Source of the DNA: an uncultured virus (IMG/VR IMGVR_UViG_3300033816_001502)
Taxonomy: Duplodnaviria > Heunggongvirae > Uroviricota > Caudoviricetes
Direction: 5' to 3' (one strand)
DNA length: 20,000 nucleotides
IMG/VR virus record: IMGVR_UViG_3300033816_001502
A program made the position numbers and the translations under genes. Below the pieces are notes generated by a model that was given only the letters and a program-made list of their open reading frames with translations, searched no databases and was not told the DNA's origin. Below, one piece after another: positions 8,506 through 17,620 of the stretch. Position 1 is the stretch's first letter, and each line of letters begins with the position of its first letter.

Positions 8506-9404
8506 ATAAGGTGTTTGTCTTACCTCCATCTGAGGATTGGATAGTCGATAGATTTGTCAAAGAATGGAATGAAGATAATTCAGACATAAGTGTTAACCAC
8601 CCAAAAGACGCAAATGTAGTTTGGTTATTAGCTGATTGGGCTTGGCAAAATCTGTATCAATCAGGTTGGTTAAACGGGAAAAAAGTTTTGACCACCGTTC
8701 ACCACATTGTTCCTGAAAAATTTAATTCTTTAGCTTATCAAGAATTTATGTTTAGAGATAAGTTAACGACAGCATATCACGTTTACAACGAACAGACTAA
8801 AGACTTTATAAGTAGATTAACAAAAAAAGAAGTATTCGTGGTACCATATTGGGCAAATCAAAAGATATGGAAAGCAACTGGAAGTAAAAACGATTTAAGA
8901 AAAAAATATAATTTGCCGTTGAATTCATACTTGGTAGGATCTTTTCAAAGAGACACGGAAGGATCTGATTTGATAAGTCCTAAATTAGAAAAAGGTCCAG
9001 ATTTGCTGGCCGATTATCTAGAAAAAGTTGTTAAAAAGAATCCTGACTTGCATGTTGTTTTGGCTGGATGGAGAAGACAGTATATAATCTCTAGACTAAA
9101 AAAATCTGGAATACCATTCACATACGTCGAGAGACCTCCTCATGATGTAATAAACGAGTTGTATCAAACTCTTGATTTATATCCTGTGACAGCAAGATGT
9201 GAAGGAGGCCCTCAATCTTTGATAGAATGTGGACTATTAAATGTTCCAGTAATTTCAAGAAACATAGGAATAGCTACGCAGGTTCTTCCTCTTCATTCTA
9301 TTCATGACGATGTTAGTTTAGCTATTCCTTCAATTCCTGATGTTGAATCTTGGAAATTGCCACAAGGATATCAAGGATATCGAAATCTAATATCTGCCAT
9401 GTAG
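8502..9404 (+). CDS. Glycosyltransferase, GT4/GT-B
   Basis: Start ATG 8502 (ATGA overlap). EKGPD, ELYQTLDLY, EGGPQSLIECGLLNVPVIS. Confidence 0.88.
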   Translation: MNKVFVLPPSEDWIVDRFVKEWNEDNSDISVNHPKDANVVWLLADWAWQNLYQSGWLNGKKVLTTVHHIVPEKFNSLAYQEFMFRDKLTTAYHVYNEQTKDFISRLTKKEVFVVPYWANQKIWKATGSKNDLRKKYNLPLNSYLVGSFQRDTEGSDLISPKLEKGPDLLADYLEKVVKKNPDLHVVLAGWRRQYIISRLKKSGIPFTYVERPPHDVINELYQTLDLYPVTARCEGGPQSLIECGLLNVPVISRNIGIATQVLPLHSIHDDVSLAIPSIPDVESWKLPQGYQGYRNLISAM

Positions 9405-9418
9405 ATAAGGAGACAAAT

Positions 9419-10333
9419 ATGTCGATTACAATTGCAGTTACAACTTTTAATAGACTAAAGTACGCTAAGTCTCTTTTTAAATCTTTAGAAAATGTAAAAA
9501 GCAATAATCAACTTATTGTTGTTGATAATTGTAGCACTGAAAAAGGTTTGCAAGATTATCTCTTTGATCTCAAGAAATCTAACTTGATAGACGATCTATT
9601 TTTGAGAGATCCTAAAGAAAGAAATTGGGTAAATGATGAATATGTTGCTAAGAACATGATCATCGAGACTGCAAAAAATGACGTGATTTTATTTTTGCAA
9701 GATGATTTGCAGCTGATTGTTAATAATGAAGTTTTTGAAAAAACAGTTCAAGATTTTATTAGCTTTGATGAGGCGAAAGCATTAGAAGTAAATGCTGTTA
9801 GAAACTCGACCGTATCTAACAGGTATGATGCCGATAACTGCGAAGTTTTTAAGCTCGAAAATTACAAATATTACAAACCGATAGACAATCATTTTCCCAC
9901 AATGGGATTCTTCAAAAAAGAAGTTTTTGACTTAATTGGGAAATACCCAGTAGATTGGCCTCAGACTCAAGATTATTGGGGAAGATCAGAAGACTGGTAC
10001 GATAACGAAGTAAAATTAAAATTAAAAGATCAGATGAACTATTCTAGTTGGGTCCCTCTATTTGCTCCTGTGTGGAATGACCCTAGAGGAGGATATGCTT
10101 TCATTAGAGGTAATAAGAGGTATGGTTATTATTTAGACGCTCCATCTACTTCTGGTATGTACTATGAAAAATTGTCTGATGAACAGTATCAACAAAAACA
10201 AAATTCTAGGATTCCATTGGGGTTTACTGACGTTTGTAAATCAGATGGTTGGGAATACAAGGTGGTTAATAAAGACCAGGTAAAATATCCACAAAACAAA
10301 ATTCTTTTAGAAGGACCTGAAGAGGAATTTTGA
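9419..10333 (+). CDS. Glycosyltransferase family 2
   Basis: Start ATG 9419 with AAGGAG at 9407-9412. IAVTTFNR, IVVDNCS, LFLQDD. Confidence 0.88.
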   Translation: MSITIAVTTFNRLKYAKSLFKSLENVKSNNQLIVVDNCSTEKGLQDYLFDLKKSNLIDDLFLRDPKERNWVNDEYVAKNMIIETAKNDVILFLQDDLQLIVNNEVFEKTVQDFISFDEAKALEVNAVRNSTVSNRYDADNCEVFKLENYKYYKPIDNHFPTMGFFKKEVFDLIGKYPVDWPQTQDYWGRSEDWYDNEVKLKLKDQMNYSSWVPLFAPVWNDPRGGYAFIRGNKRYGYYLDAPSTSGMYYEKLSDEQYQQKQNSRIPLGFTDVCKSDGWEYKVVNKDQVKYPQNKILLEGPEEEF

Positions 10334-11466
10334 TGAACGTTTTAATATTTCCTACAGATGATAGAAGTGGACTAGCTTCTATGATCTACCACTATTCAAA
10401 ATTGGGACATAAAGTTTTTGTTCCTAAAAAAGGAACGCTTGGTCTAAACTGGCAAAGAATAGCAACTTGGCCTGCTATGCTTTGTAAATCTTTTGAAGAC
10501 AAAACAAAAAGAAATTTAGAAATTTATCCATTTGAAGAAAATCTTTCTTTTTTTGGAGAAGATTACTTTTTGAAAGATTTTAAATCTCATAATCTTTATG
10601 AAGAAGACATCTATTGTCAAATCATAGATTTGACAAAACAAAAATGTTCAATTGATGTATTCCACACCTTGCGAGGCGGCGAAAGTTCTTTACGCCAATA
10701 TTTCAAAATAGCTTCAGAATATTTCCCAAATGCAAAATGGGTATCTTCAACAATGAATGCTTGGGATAGTTCACCTGAAAATTACAAAACAAGAAACGCC
10801 GCTAAATTTATTCCTGCAAACTATGAAAATAAAAATACAGACGTAAACAATGTTAATGTCTTTTGTCTGCCATTCGAAAAGTCATTACTTGACATCACGA
10901 ATGTCTCTATTTCAGGTTACGAAGATGTTTCTTTTGCTTCGTTTAACCACAACTTTGAAGTAAGACAACCAGAAGACTATAAGATATTCAAGAAAATGAA
11001 TTCCTTGCTTAGAGAAATCAATCTACCAGAAGTAATAAACTTCGGTGGAAACATCCGTAGCGCAGGAGCTGACATTAGATATTCAAAAGAAAATGGCGTG
11101 ACTGGTAAATTTCCTACAATCACGCCCAGACAATCTTACAAAATTACGTCTAGATTAAAGGCAGCCGTTCATTTCAAGCAGACCGATTGGGGAGGTGGCG
11201 TTTTTTATTATTGCTTAAATTCTGGAACTCCCATCATTACGACCAATAGGTACGTTAATTCTTCAAACGCTTCAAAGTATCTTATAGATAACATTAATTG
11301 TATTCTTGTCGATGATGCTTTAAAAGCATCAAATTCAATTGAAAAATTGTTATTTGATGATTCTTACGTTAATAAATTAAGAAATGGAATGTTAGAACTT
11401 CAAAAAGAGATTCTTAATAATTCTTATTGGAAAAAGTGGGAAAATTTTATTGGAGAACTAACATGA
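10333..11466 (+). CDS. Divergent GT-B-like glycosyltransferase
   Basis: TGATG overlap. N-terminal LGHKVFV; C-terminal DWGGGVFYYCLNSGTPIITT...LIDNINCILVD resembles the GT4 nucleotide-sugar-binding half but lacks the second Glu. Confidence 0.65.
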   Translation: MNVLIFPTDDRSGLASMIYHYSKLGHKVFVPKKGTLGLNWQRIATWPAMLCKSFEDKTKRNLEIYPFEENLSFFGEDYFLKDFKSHNLYEEDIYCQIIDLTKQKCSIDVFHTLRGGESSLRQYFKIASEYFPNAKWVSSTMNAWDSSPENYKTRNAAKFIPANYENKNTDVNNVNVFCLPFEKSLLDITNVSISGYEDVSFASFNHNFEVRQPEDYKIFKKMNSLLREINLPEVINFGGNIRSAGADIRYSKENGVTGKFPTITPRQSYKITSRLKAAVHFKQTDWGGGVFYYCLNSGTPIITTNRYVNSSNASKYLIDNINCILVDDALKASNSIEKLLFDDSYVNKLRNGMLELQKEILNNSYWKKWENFIGELT

Positions 11467-12290
11467 AAGATACTTTATTTCTTTTGGTCACTTGTACGAA
11501 AGATGTGACTAGATTTGAGATACTAAAACAAGTTGTTGATAATCTAGTTCATGTAATTGATAAAAAAACGTTAGATGATTTGTTGGTATTTGATAATGCT
11601 TCTTCTTACGAAGGCAGCGTAAAATTATTGACAGACAATTTTGTTAACGTTTACCAATCAAAAACCAACATTGGACTTTGGAGCGCAATACATTGGTGCT
11701 TAAAAAATTACCAATCTTTGATGAAAAGAGACTACAAATATCTTTACATTATCGAGTCAGACTTAATTCATTCCAATGACACTCTAAAAAAATTAGAAAC
11801 ATGTGAATCATTTTTAGAATCTAACAGTGAAGTAGGATTTATAAGGACAGAAGAATTTTTAGTTTCACAAAGACATTTGTACGATAAAGGAAGCCCAAAA
11901 AAAGATTCAAGAAAATACGCCTGGGTAACTCAAAATAACTTTATCCAAAACAAAAGAGTAGAGTTTTTTCAGTCAGATTGTGACGGTATGTATAAATGCA
12001 ATTTTTTGGCAAAACTACCAGCCCTCAGCAGAATTCAAACTATGAAAGAAGTTTTTTTAGATCTTTCTAACTTAAAAAAGTTCAATGAGACTGATTATCA
12101 AAAGTTGTACTATCAAAGATATAAAATTTCAGCTGTCTTAGACGGAGGCATATTTCATTCTAAGTTAGGAAATGAAAATACGGATGTAGTCATCAACGGC
12201 AGCAGGAATTACAACCTTAGCATTGATTACAGACCGACTAGATCTGATTCAATAACTGAAATTTCTTTAGACGATGTTGTTAAACTTTGA
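11463..12290 (+). CDS. Divergent GT2-like (GT-A) protein
   Basis: Start ATG 11463 (ATGA). LLVFDNAS, NIGLWSAI, YLYIIESD (ExD at the DxD position). Confidence 0.7.
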   Translation: MKDTLFLLVTCTKDVTRFEILKQVVDNLVHVIDKKTLDDLLVFDNASSYEGSVKLLTDNFVNVYQSKTNIGLWSAIHWCLKNYQSLMKRDYKYLYIIESDLIHSNDTLKKLETCESFLESNSEVGFIRTEEFLVSQRHLYDKGSPKKDSRKYAWVTQNNFIQNKRVEFFQSDCDGMYKCNFLAKLPALSRIQTMKEVFLDLSNLKKFNETDYQKLYYQRYKISAVLDGGIFHSKLGNENTDVVINGSRNYNLSIDYRPTRSDSITEISLDDVVKL

Positions 12291-12315
12291 ACAGTTTTTT
12301 TCGTGAAAGTATAAT
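12287..12315 (+). promoter_or_regulatory. sigma70-type promoter TTGAAC-N17-TATAAT, 7 nt before ATG (leaderless)
   Basis: TTGAAC 12287-12292, TATAAT 12310-12315, ATG 12323; no SD. Confidence 0.75.
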
Positions 12316-12322
12316 TTGAACG

Positions 12323-13348
12323 ATGAAGTATCTAATATTCGGTGGAACTGGTTCCTTAGGAAAAAAATTAATTTCTAGATTTTTAAAAAGTGGCGATAAA
12401 ATCGCTGTTTATTCTAGAGATGAAGCTAAGCATTGGACTATAAAGAACGAACTCAATTCTTCATCAGAAGTAGAGTTTTTTGTTGGAGACATTAGAGATT
12501 ATAACCGAGTAAAAGAAGTTATACTTCATTACAAACCTCAAGTCATAATTGTCGCTGCTGCTTTAAAACAAGTTGATACTTGTGAGCTCAGTCCTTTTGA
12601 AAGCGTAATGACCAATTTATTAGGAACTCAAAATGTCGTTAAGTCAGTAAAAGACATATCACAGTCTTGGGGATCTGACTGGAGGATAGAAAAAGTTTTG
12701 TTTGTTAGCACGGACAAAGCTTGTTCTCCTGTCAACGTTTACGGAATGTGTAAAGGAATATCTGAACGTCTAGTAACAAGTCAATCTAAAAATGATTCAA
12801 CTGGCGTTAAATTTTTGTGCACCAGGTATGGAAACGTCCTAGAGTCTAGAGGAAGCATTATTCCACTTTTCAAATATCAAGCAGAATATTCTGAGAATCT
12901 AACAGTGACAGATCCAGATATGACCAGATTTGTTATGACCTTAGATGACAGCGTAGATCTAATTTTAGAAGCTTTAAAAAGAGGAGAAAGCGGAGAAACC
13001 TGGATTCCTAAAATACCTGCAATGAGGATTGGAGATCTAGCTGAAATTTTCTCAAGTTTGTATAAAAAGCAGATTAAGATCATTGGTCTTAGACCAGGAG
13101 AAAAAAAGCATGAAGATCTTATTAATGAGTCAGAGTCTGTTAGAACTAAAGACGTAGAAACCCATTACGTAATAGGACCAGCTTATCAAGCAGGTTCTAA
13201 CGATAGATTCATGTATACAAGCGCTGATGATGTCATGACAAAAGATCAGCTTTTTGTTAGATTAAAAGAACTTGGAATTATTGATATGTCTTTAGATAAT
13301 TTTCAAGGATTAAAGATAGAAGAGATTGCAACAAACAGGAAAAACTAA
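12323..13348 (+). CDS. UDP-N-acetylglucosamine 4,6-dehydratase (PseB/FnlA/CapD-family, soluble)
   Basis: GGTGSLG, SRDEAK, GDIRD, AAALKQV, STDKAC, YGMCK, RYGNVLESRGSIIP, MTRF, GLRPGEKKHE. Confidence 0.9.
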   Translation: MKYLIFGGTGSLGKKLISRFLKSGDKIAVYSRDEAKHWTIKNELNSSSEVEFFVGDIRDYNRVKEVILHYKPQVIIVAAALKQVDTCELSPFESVMTNLLGTQNVVKSVKDISQSWGSDWRIEKVLFVSTDKACSPVNVYGMCKGISERLVTSQSKNDSTGVKFLCTRYGNVLESRGSIIPLFKYQAEYSENLTVTDPDMTRFVMTLDDSVDLILEALKRGESGETWIPKIPAMRIGDLAEIFSSLYKKQIKIIGLRPGEKKHEDLINESESVRTKDVETHYVIGPAYQAGSNDRFMYTSADDVMTKDQLFVRLKELGIIDMSLDNFQGLKIEEIATNRKN

Positions 13349-13349
13349 T

Positions 13350-14492
13350 ATGAATAAACAATATCATCTTTTCAAAGTTCATATACCTGTAGAAAAAGCA
13401 TTGGATCAAATCAAAAAAGTTTTTGAATCAGGATTCATAAATGAAGGAATACAAGTAACTGAATTAACGGAAAAGTTAAAGTCATATCTAAAGACTGAAA
13501 ACTTGATACTGGTTAACAGCTGTACTTCAGCTTTAACAATGGCTCTACGTCTTTGTAATGTCACAAAAGATGATGAAGTTATTTCAACTTCTATGACCTG
13601 TGTAGCTACCAATACGCCAATTGACAACTTAGGCGCAAAAATAGTTTGGGCTGATGTAGATCCTGAAAATGGAATGTTAGACCCAAACGACGTTCTTAAT
13701 AAAATTACTGCAAAAACTAAAGCTGTCATTGCAGTTGCTTGGGCAGGAACCCCACCAAGACTTCAAGAATTAAGCAAGATTTGTAAAGAAAAAAACGTTA
13801 AATTAATCTTGGATGCAGCTCATGCTTTTGGCGCATCTTACGATAACCTTCCTTTACATCATTGGTGCGATTTTGTTTGTTATAGCTTTCAAGCTATTAA
13901 ACATGTCACTACAGGGGATGGCGGCGCTTTAATCAGTAAGTCTGATGAAGATTATAAACGATCAAAATCGATGAAATGGTTTGGCCTAGATAGGGATGTA
14001 GCAAAAGACGCCTCAGGAAATTGGAAAGGCCAGCAATGGGATGTTGATATAGTTGAAGCTGGGTATAAATTTAACATGAACAACGTATCAGCAGCAATTG
14101 GATTATCGCAGATTGAATATTTCGATGAGATAATAAATTCTCACGTAAAAAACGCTAAGTTGTATAAACAACTTTTTGAAAATGAAAAGTTTGTTTGTTC
14201 TGCTTCTATTCCTGAAGGATCTAACTCTACATTTTGGGTTTATACCATGAAATTAAAAAATCCAAAATTAACAAGGGATCAACTATTGAAATCTTTAAAT
14301 GAATTAGGAATACATGCAGGAGTGGTTCATGTTCCTAACCACGAGTATACTGCATTTGAAAGCTTTAACACTAATTTGCCTGGTGTCGAAGAATTTTCAA
14401 AGAATCAATTTTCTTTACCTTGTGGGTGGTGGTTGGAAGAAAATGACATAATTGAGATTGCAACAAAGGTGAAAGAAATTGTCAACTGTTGA
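13350..14492 (+). CDS. DegT/DnrJ/EryC1/StrS PLP-dependent sugar aminotransferase
   Basis: Start ATG 13350. NSCTSAL, DAAHAFG, SFQAIKHVTTGDGG (PLP Lys), GYKFNM. Confidence 0.92.
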   Translation: MNKQYHLFKVHIPVEKALDQIKKVFESGFINEGIQVTELTEKLKSYLKTENLILVNSCTSALTMALRLCNVTKDDEVISTSMTCVATNTPIDNLGAKIVWADVDPENGMLDPNDVLNKITAKTKAVIAVAWAGTPPRLQELSKICKEKNVKLILDAAHAFGASYDNLPLHHWCDFVCYSFQAIKHVTTGDGGALISKSDEDYKRSKSMKWFGLDRDVAKDASGNWKGQQWDVDIVEAGYKFNMNNVSAAIGLSQIEYFDEIINSHVKNAKLYKQLFENEKFVCSASIPEGSNSTFWVYTMKLKNPKLTRDQLLKSLNELGIHAGVVHVPNHEYTAFESFNTNLPGVEEFSKNQFSLPCGWWLEENDIIEIATKVKEIVNC

Positions 14493-15015
14493 AGCTAAAG
14501 AATTAACACATCAAAAATTCTCATTAAGAGAAGTTTGCGATGATGATCATCTTTGGTTAGTAGAACTTCATAACGATCCTGAAGTTTTGAAAAACTTAAC
14601 TAATCCTCAACCTATTACTTTAGAATCTCACTTAAATTGGTGGAATTCTTTGAATAAAGAAAAAGAAAAAAGATACGTTTTTTGTGTTAATGAAGAAAAA
14701 GTAGGATTTTGCAAAATCTATTCAATAGATCGTAATAACAAAAATTGTTTATTAGGAGCAGATATACACAAAGACTATAGAGGAAAAGGGTTAGCAAAGC
14801 ACATGTGGCAATTAATGCTTCATGTTTGTTTTAATGAGTTAAGTCTACACAGGGTTTCTTTAACCACAGCATCCTATAATTTGATAGGACAAAGAGTTTA
14901 CAAAAATCTAGGATTCAAAGAAGAAGGTAGACAAATTGAATCGTTGTACAGAGAAGAAAAATATCATGATTCTATATGCATGTATTTGTTAAAACAAGAC
15001 TGGAATAACAAATGA
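14479..15015 (+). CDS. GNAT N-acetyltransferase (PseH/RimJ-like), probable NDP-aminosugar acetyltransferase
   Basis: YRGKGLA acetyl-CoA motif, LHRVSL, YKNLGFKEEG; directly follows the aminotransferase; TTG start uncertain. Confidence 0.85.
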   Translation: MSTVEAKELTHQKFSLREVCDDDHLWLVELHNDPEVLKNLTNPQPITLESHLNWWNSLNKEKEKRYVFCVNEEKVGFCKIYSIDRNNKNCLLGADIHKDYRGKGLAKHMWQLMLHVCFNELSLHRVSLTTASYNLIGQRVYKNLGFKEEGRQIESLYREEKYHDSICMYLLKQDWNNK

Positions 15016-15716
15016 AAATTTTCGTTGGAACGATGGAACATGGAGAACTAGATTTTCAAGCTTCTAAAGAATCAATTCAAAATCAAGTTGGTTTTGAAAT
15101 AACTCATCACATAGTTTCAAATCATCCAGAAAAAGAAGCTCATGAAAAATTATTTTCCGCGTGGAATGAAGCTAAAAAAGATCATCAACTTTTCTTGAAG
15201 GTTGATGCCGATACTGTCTTGTCTCATAATGAAGTTATAAAAAACTTTGTTGAAGTTTTTGAAAGTAACTCTAGAGTAACAGGTGCGCAAGCTTGGTTAC
15301 ACGATTATTTGACAGACAGCTTGATATATGGACTAACTTGCTTAAAAAACACTGTCAATGTTGCAACAAAAGTTGATAAGTTGTATCCTGATCGAGCAGA
15401 CACGGGTCATGATATCGTTTTACGCGGAAATCAATTACCTGAAAAGTTAATACCTGCCGGGAAGCATTGCTGGTACTCTTCAGAATCTCAAGCATTTCAT
15501 TACGGCTTTCATAGAGGTAAAAAGAACCAATCAGACATTCTTAATAAGGTCTATTCTGCTTGGGAAAAAAACGATTTTGACAGAATCAGAGGCATGTGTC
15601 TAATGGGATTTAAGTTGTCTTTATCGTACGAAAATGTTGATTATAGAGATGAAGATTTTCAAAATGCTTTTGAAATTGCTAAGAGAACTTACTCAAAAGA
15701 AAAAGTAAAAAGATGA
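15012..15716 (+). CDS. Putative GT-A-fold glycosyltransferase-like protein
   Basis: FLKVDAD (DxD after a hydrophobic strand) at a GT-A-like position; operon context. Confidence 0.55.
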   Translation: MKIFVGTMEHGELDFQASKESIQNQVGFEITHHIVSNHPEKEAHEKLFSAWNEAKKDHQLFLKVDADTVLSHNEVIKNFVEVFESNSRVTGAQAWLHDYLTDSLIYGLTCLKNTVNVATKVDKLYPDRADTGHDIVLRGNQLPEKLIPAGKHCWYSSESQAFHYGFHRGKKNQSDILNKVYSAWEKNDFDRIRGMCLMGFKLSLSYENVDYRDEDFQNAFEIAKRTYSKEKVKR

Positions 15717-16618
15717 AATTGCATGTATTGATTGACAACTTGTCTTACATTCAGTCTAACTGTTATCAACATCAGTTATTCAAAACTTTAAGTCAAGAGT
15801 GTGAATTGACCTTTAGCACAATTGATGACATATTGAAGAATAAAAAAATATCTTCAAACCATGATAGGATATTGTCATGTTTAAAGCTTAGGACAATAAA
15901 CAACAACGTTCATACAATTAAGAGGTTTTTAGATAATAGAGAAATTTATATCTATGAACAGGATCCTTGGGAATCTTTCAAAGATGATTCGCAATATAAG
16001 GGTTCATATCATAAGATTTATAACGAGTTGAATGTTTTATCCTTCTTAAATACGTCGAAGTGGTGGAGCGACTTTATCAACTCTCAAGGAATAAGGTCTA
16101 AATTTGTGAAGATGTGGATGTTGCCAGAATATTGTTCTGCTGTTCCTAATTTATCTTCACGACAAATAGATTTAGGCTTTTGTGGCCAACTACATCCTTA
16201 TAGGAAAAAATTCTTTGATTATCTTAAAAGTGAAGGAATTGTTGTCGAGGTGATGAAACCTGCTCCTTACCAAGAATTTTTGCAAAATTTGTCAAATATA
16301 AAAATCTATGTGCATAATGAGCAAGTCAATTGGCAGGTGAATGGAAAAAACATCTCAGCAAATGCGCTGTGGATTAAAGATGTTGAGGCCGCAGCTAGAG
16401 GTTGTATAAGCATCAGAGATTATGAAGAAGAATTAGAAAATTATGTTCCTAAAAATAATATCTCTACGATAATGACTTATGATTCATTTGAGAATGCAAT
16501 TGAAGTGATAAGAAGAAACTTGAAAGAAGTGAATCAACTTCAAGACAAAATAATTGAATCAGTGAACGCAATAAAGAATGATGTTGGATGGAAAACTGTT
16601 ATTAAGGCGTTAGAATAA
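15713..16618 (+). CDS. Putative GT-B glycosyltransferase (CgeB-like)
   Basis: DLGFCGQLHPYRKKFF and KDVEAAARGC resemble the CgeB/Glyco_trans_1_2 'FvG...R...FEaaacG' pattern. Confidence 0.6.
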   Translation: MKLHVLIDNLSYIQSNCYQHQLFKTLSQECELTFSTIDDILKNKKISSNHDRILSCLKLRTINNNVHTIKRFLDNREIYIYEQDPWESFKDDSQYKGSYHKIYNELNVLSFLNTSKWWSDFINSQGIRSKFVKMWMLPEYCSAVPNLSSRQIDLGFCGQLHPYRKKFFDYLKSEGIVVEVMKPAPYQEFLQNLSNIKIYVHNEQVNWQVNGKNISANALWIKDVEAAARGCISIRDYEEELENYVPKNNISTIMTYDSFENAIEVIRRNLKEVNQLQDKIIESVNAIKNDVGWKTVIKALE

Positions 16619-16620
16619 TC

Positions 16621-16649
16621 TTGATCATTTTTTTATTTTTTCTTATAAT
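16621..16649 (+). promoter_or_regulatory. sigma70-type promoter TTGATC-N17-TATAAT, 6 nt before ATG (leaderless)
   Basis: TTGATC 16621-16626, TATAAT 16644-16649, ATG 16656; no SD. Confidence 0.75.
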
Positions 16650-16655
16650 CTTTGT

Positions 16656-17588
16656 ATGAAGAAACAATCTATTGCTGTTGTAGGTCAAGGGTTTGTTGGC
16701 GGCTCTCTTACTACTGTCTTTGCTGAAAGAGGATTCGACGTCTTGGTGCATGACAAGACAGGAAAAGTCTGTACTGGAGGAAAGCAACCAACAACAACAG
16801 AAGGATTACACCCGACTAATGTAAATGAGTTCGTAAAGTCATGTGAAGCATCTGAAAACTTCTCAAAAGTGTATTTTGTGTGTCTACCGACTCCGATGTA
16901 TGATGACGGATCTGCGGATCTGTCTATCGTAGAAGGTGTTCTTTCGCAATTGGCAACTTTACCTGGCGAGAGAATTGCTGTAGTAAAATCCACGGTTCCT
17001 CCTGGCTCTACTGAGAGATGGAACAAGATGTTTTCAGAACAAGGCCTTCATGTAGTTTTTAATCCAGAATTTCTCACAGAGGCCAACGCTCTAGATGACA
17101 TGAGAAATCAAAATCGTATTATTCTTGGTGGCCCTCGCCCATGGATTAATACCGTGAAACAAGTTTTTCAAACAGCATTTCCAAAAGTTCCACTCATTAA
17201 AACTTCGTCAACGACAGCTGAGATGGTGAAATATGTCACTAATAACTTCCTGACAGTTAAGGTTTCGTTTGCAAACGAGATGTATCAGGTTTGTAATGCC
17301 CTAGATAAATCCGGATTAAATGTGGATTATGATAAGGTAATTGAATATGCAAAGTATGATTCTAGGTTAGGATCAAGCCACTGGAGTGTACCTGGACCTG
17401 ATGGTGACTTTGGCAGCGGGGGTCACTGTTTCCCTAAGGACATCAATGCTATGATCGACGTTGCAAAAAATCTTGAAGTTAAACCGACTGTTCTTAAAGC
17501 TGCGTGGGAAAAGAATCTTGAGGTTAGAAAAGACAGAGATTGGGAACGTATGTCTGGCCGCGCAGTTTCTAAAAAATCCAAAGATTGA
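16656..17588 (+). CDS. UDP-glucose/GDP-mannose dehydrogenase family protein, short form
   Basis: GQGFVG, CLPTP, KSTVPPG, NPEFLTE, AEMVKY, GGHCFPKD (catalytic Cys); ends about 45 aa after this motif. Confidence 0.92.
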   Translation: MKKQSIAVVGQGFVGGSLTTVFAERGFDVLVHDKTGKVCTGGKQPTTTEGLHPTNVNEFVKSCEASENFSKVYFVCLPTPMYDDGSADLSIVEGVLSQLATLPGERIAVVKSTVPPGSTERWNKMFSEQGLHVVFNPEFLTEANALDDMRNQNRIILGGPRPWINTVKQVFQTAFPKVPLIKTSSTTAEMVKYVTNNFLTVKVSFANEMYQVCNALDKSGLNVDYDKVIEYAKYDSRLGSSHWSVPGPDGDFGSGGHCFPKDINAMIDVAKNLEVKPTVLKAAWEKNLEVRKDRDWERMSGRAVSKKSKD

Positions 17589-17616
17589 ACTAATAAGGTA
17601 ATGTAAATTACCTTAT
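17585..17616 (+). promoter_or_regulatory. Putative promoter TTGAAC-N18-TACCTT overlapped by a perfect 10-bp hairpin with GTAA loop
   Basis: TTGAAC 17585-17590; ATAAGGTAAT(17593-17602) GTAA ATTACCTTAT(17607-17616); TACCTT 17609-17614; ATG 17621. Confidence 0.55.
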
Positions 17617-17620
17617 AACA

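Noticed and set aside
16619..16655. T-rich tract as an intrinsic terminator
   Set aside because: No GC-rich stem precedes it; it is better explained as the 17-nt promoter spacer.
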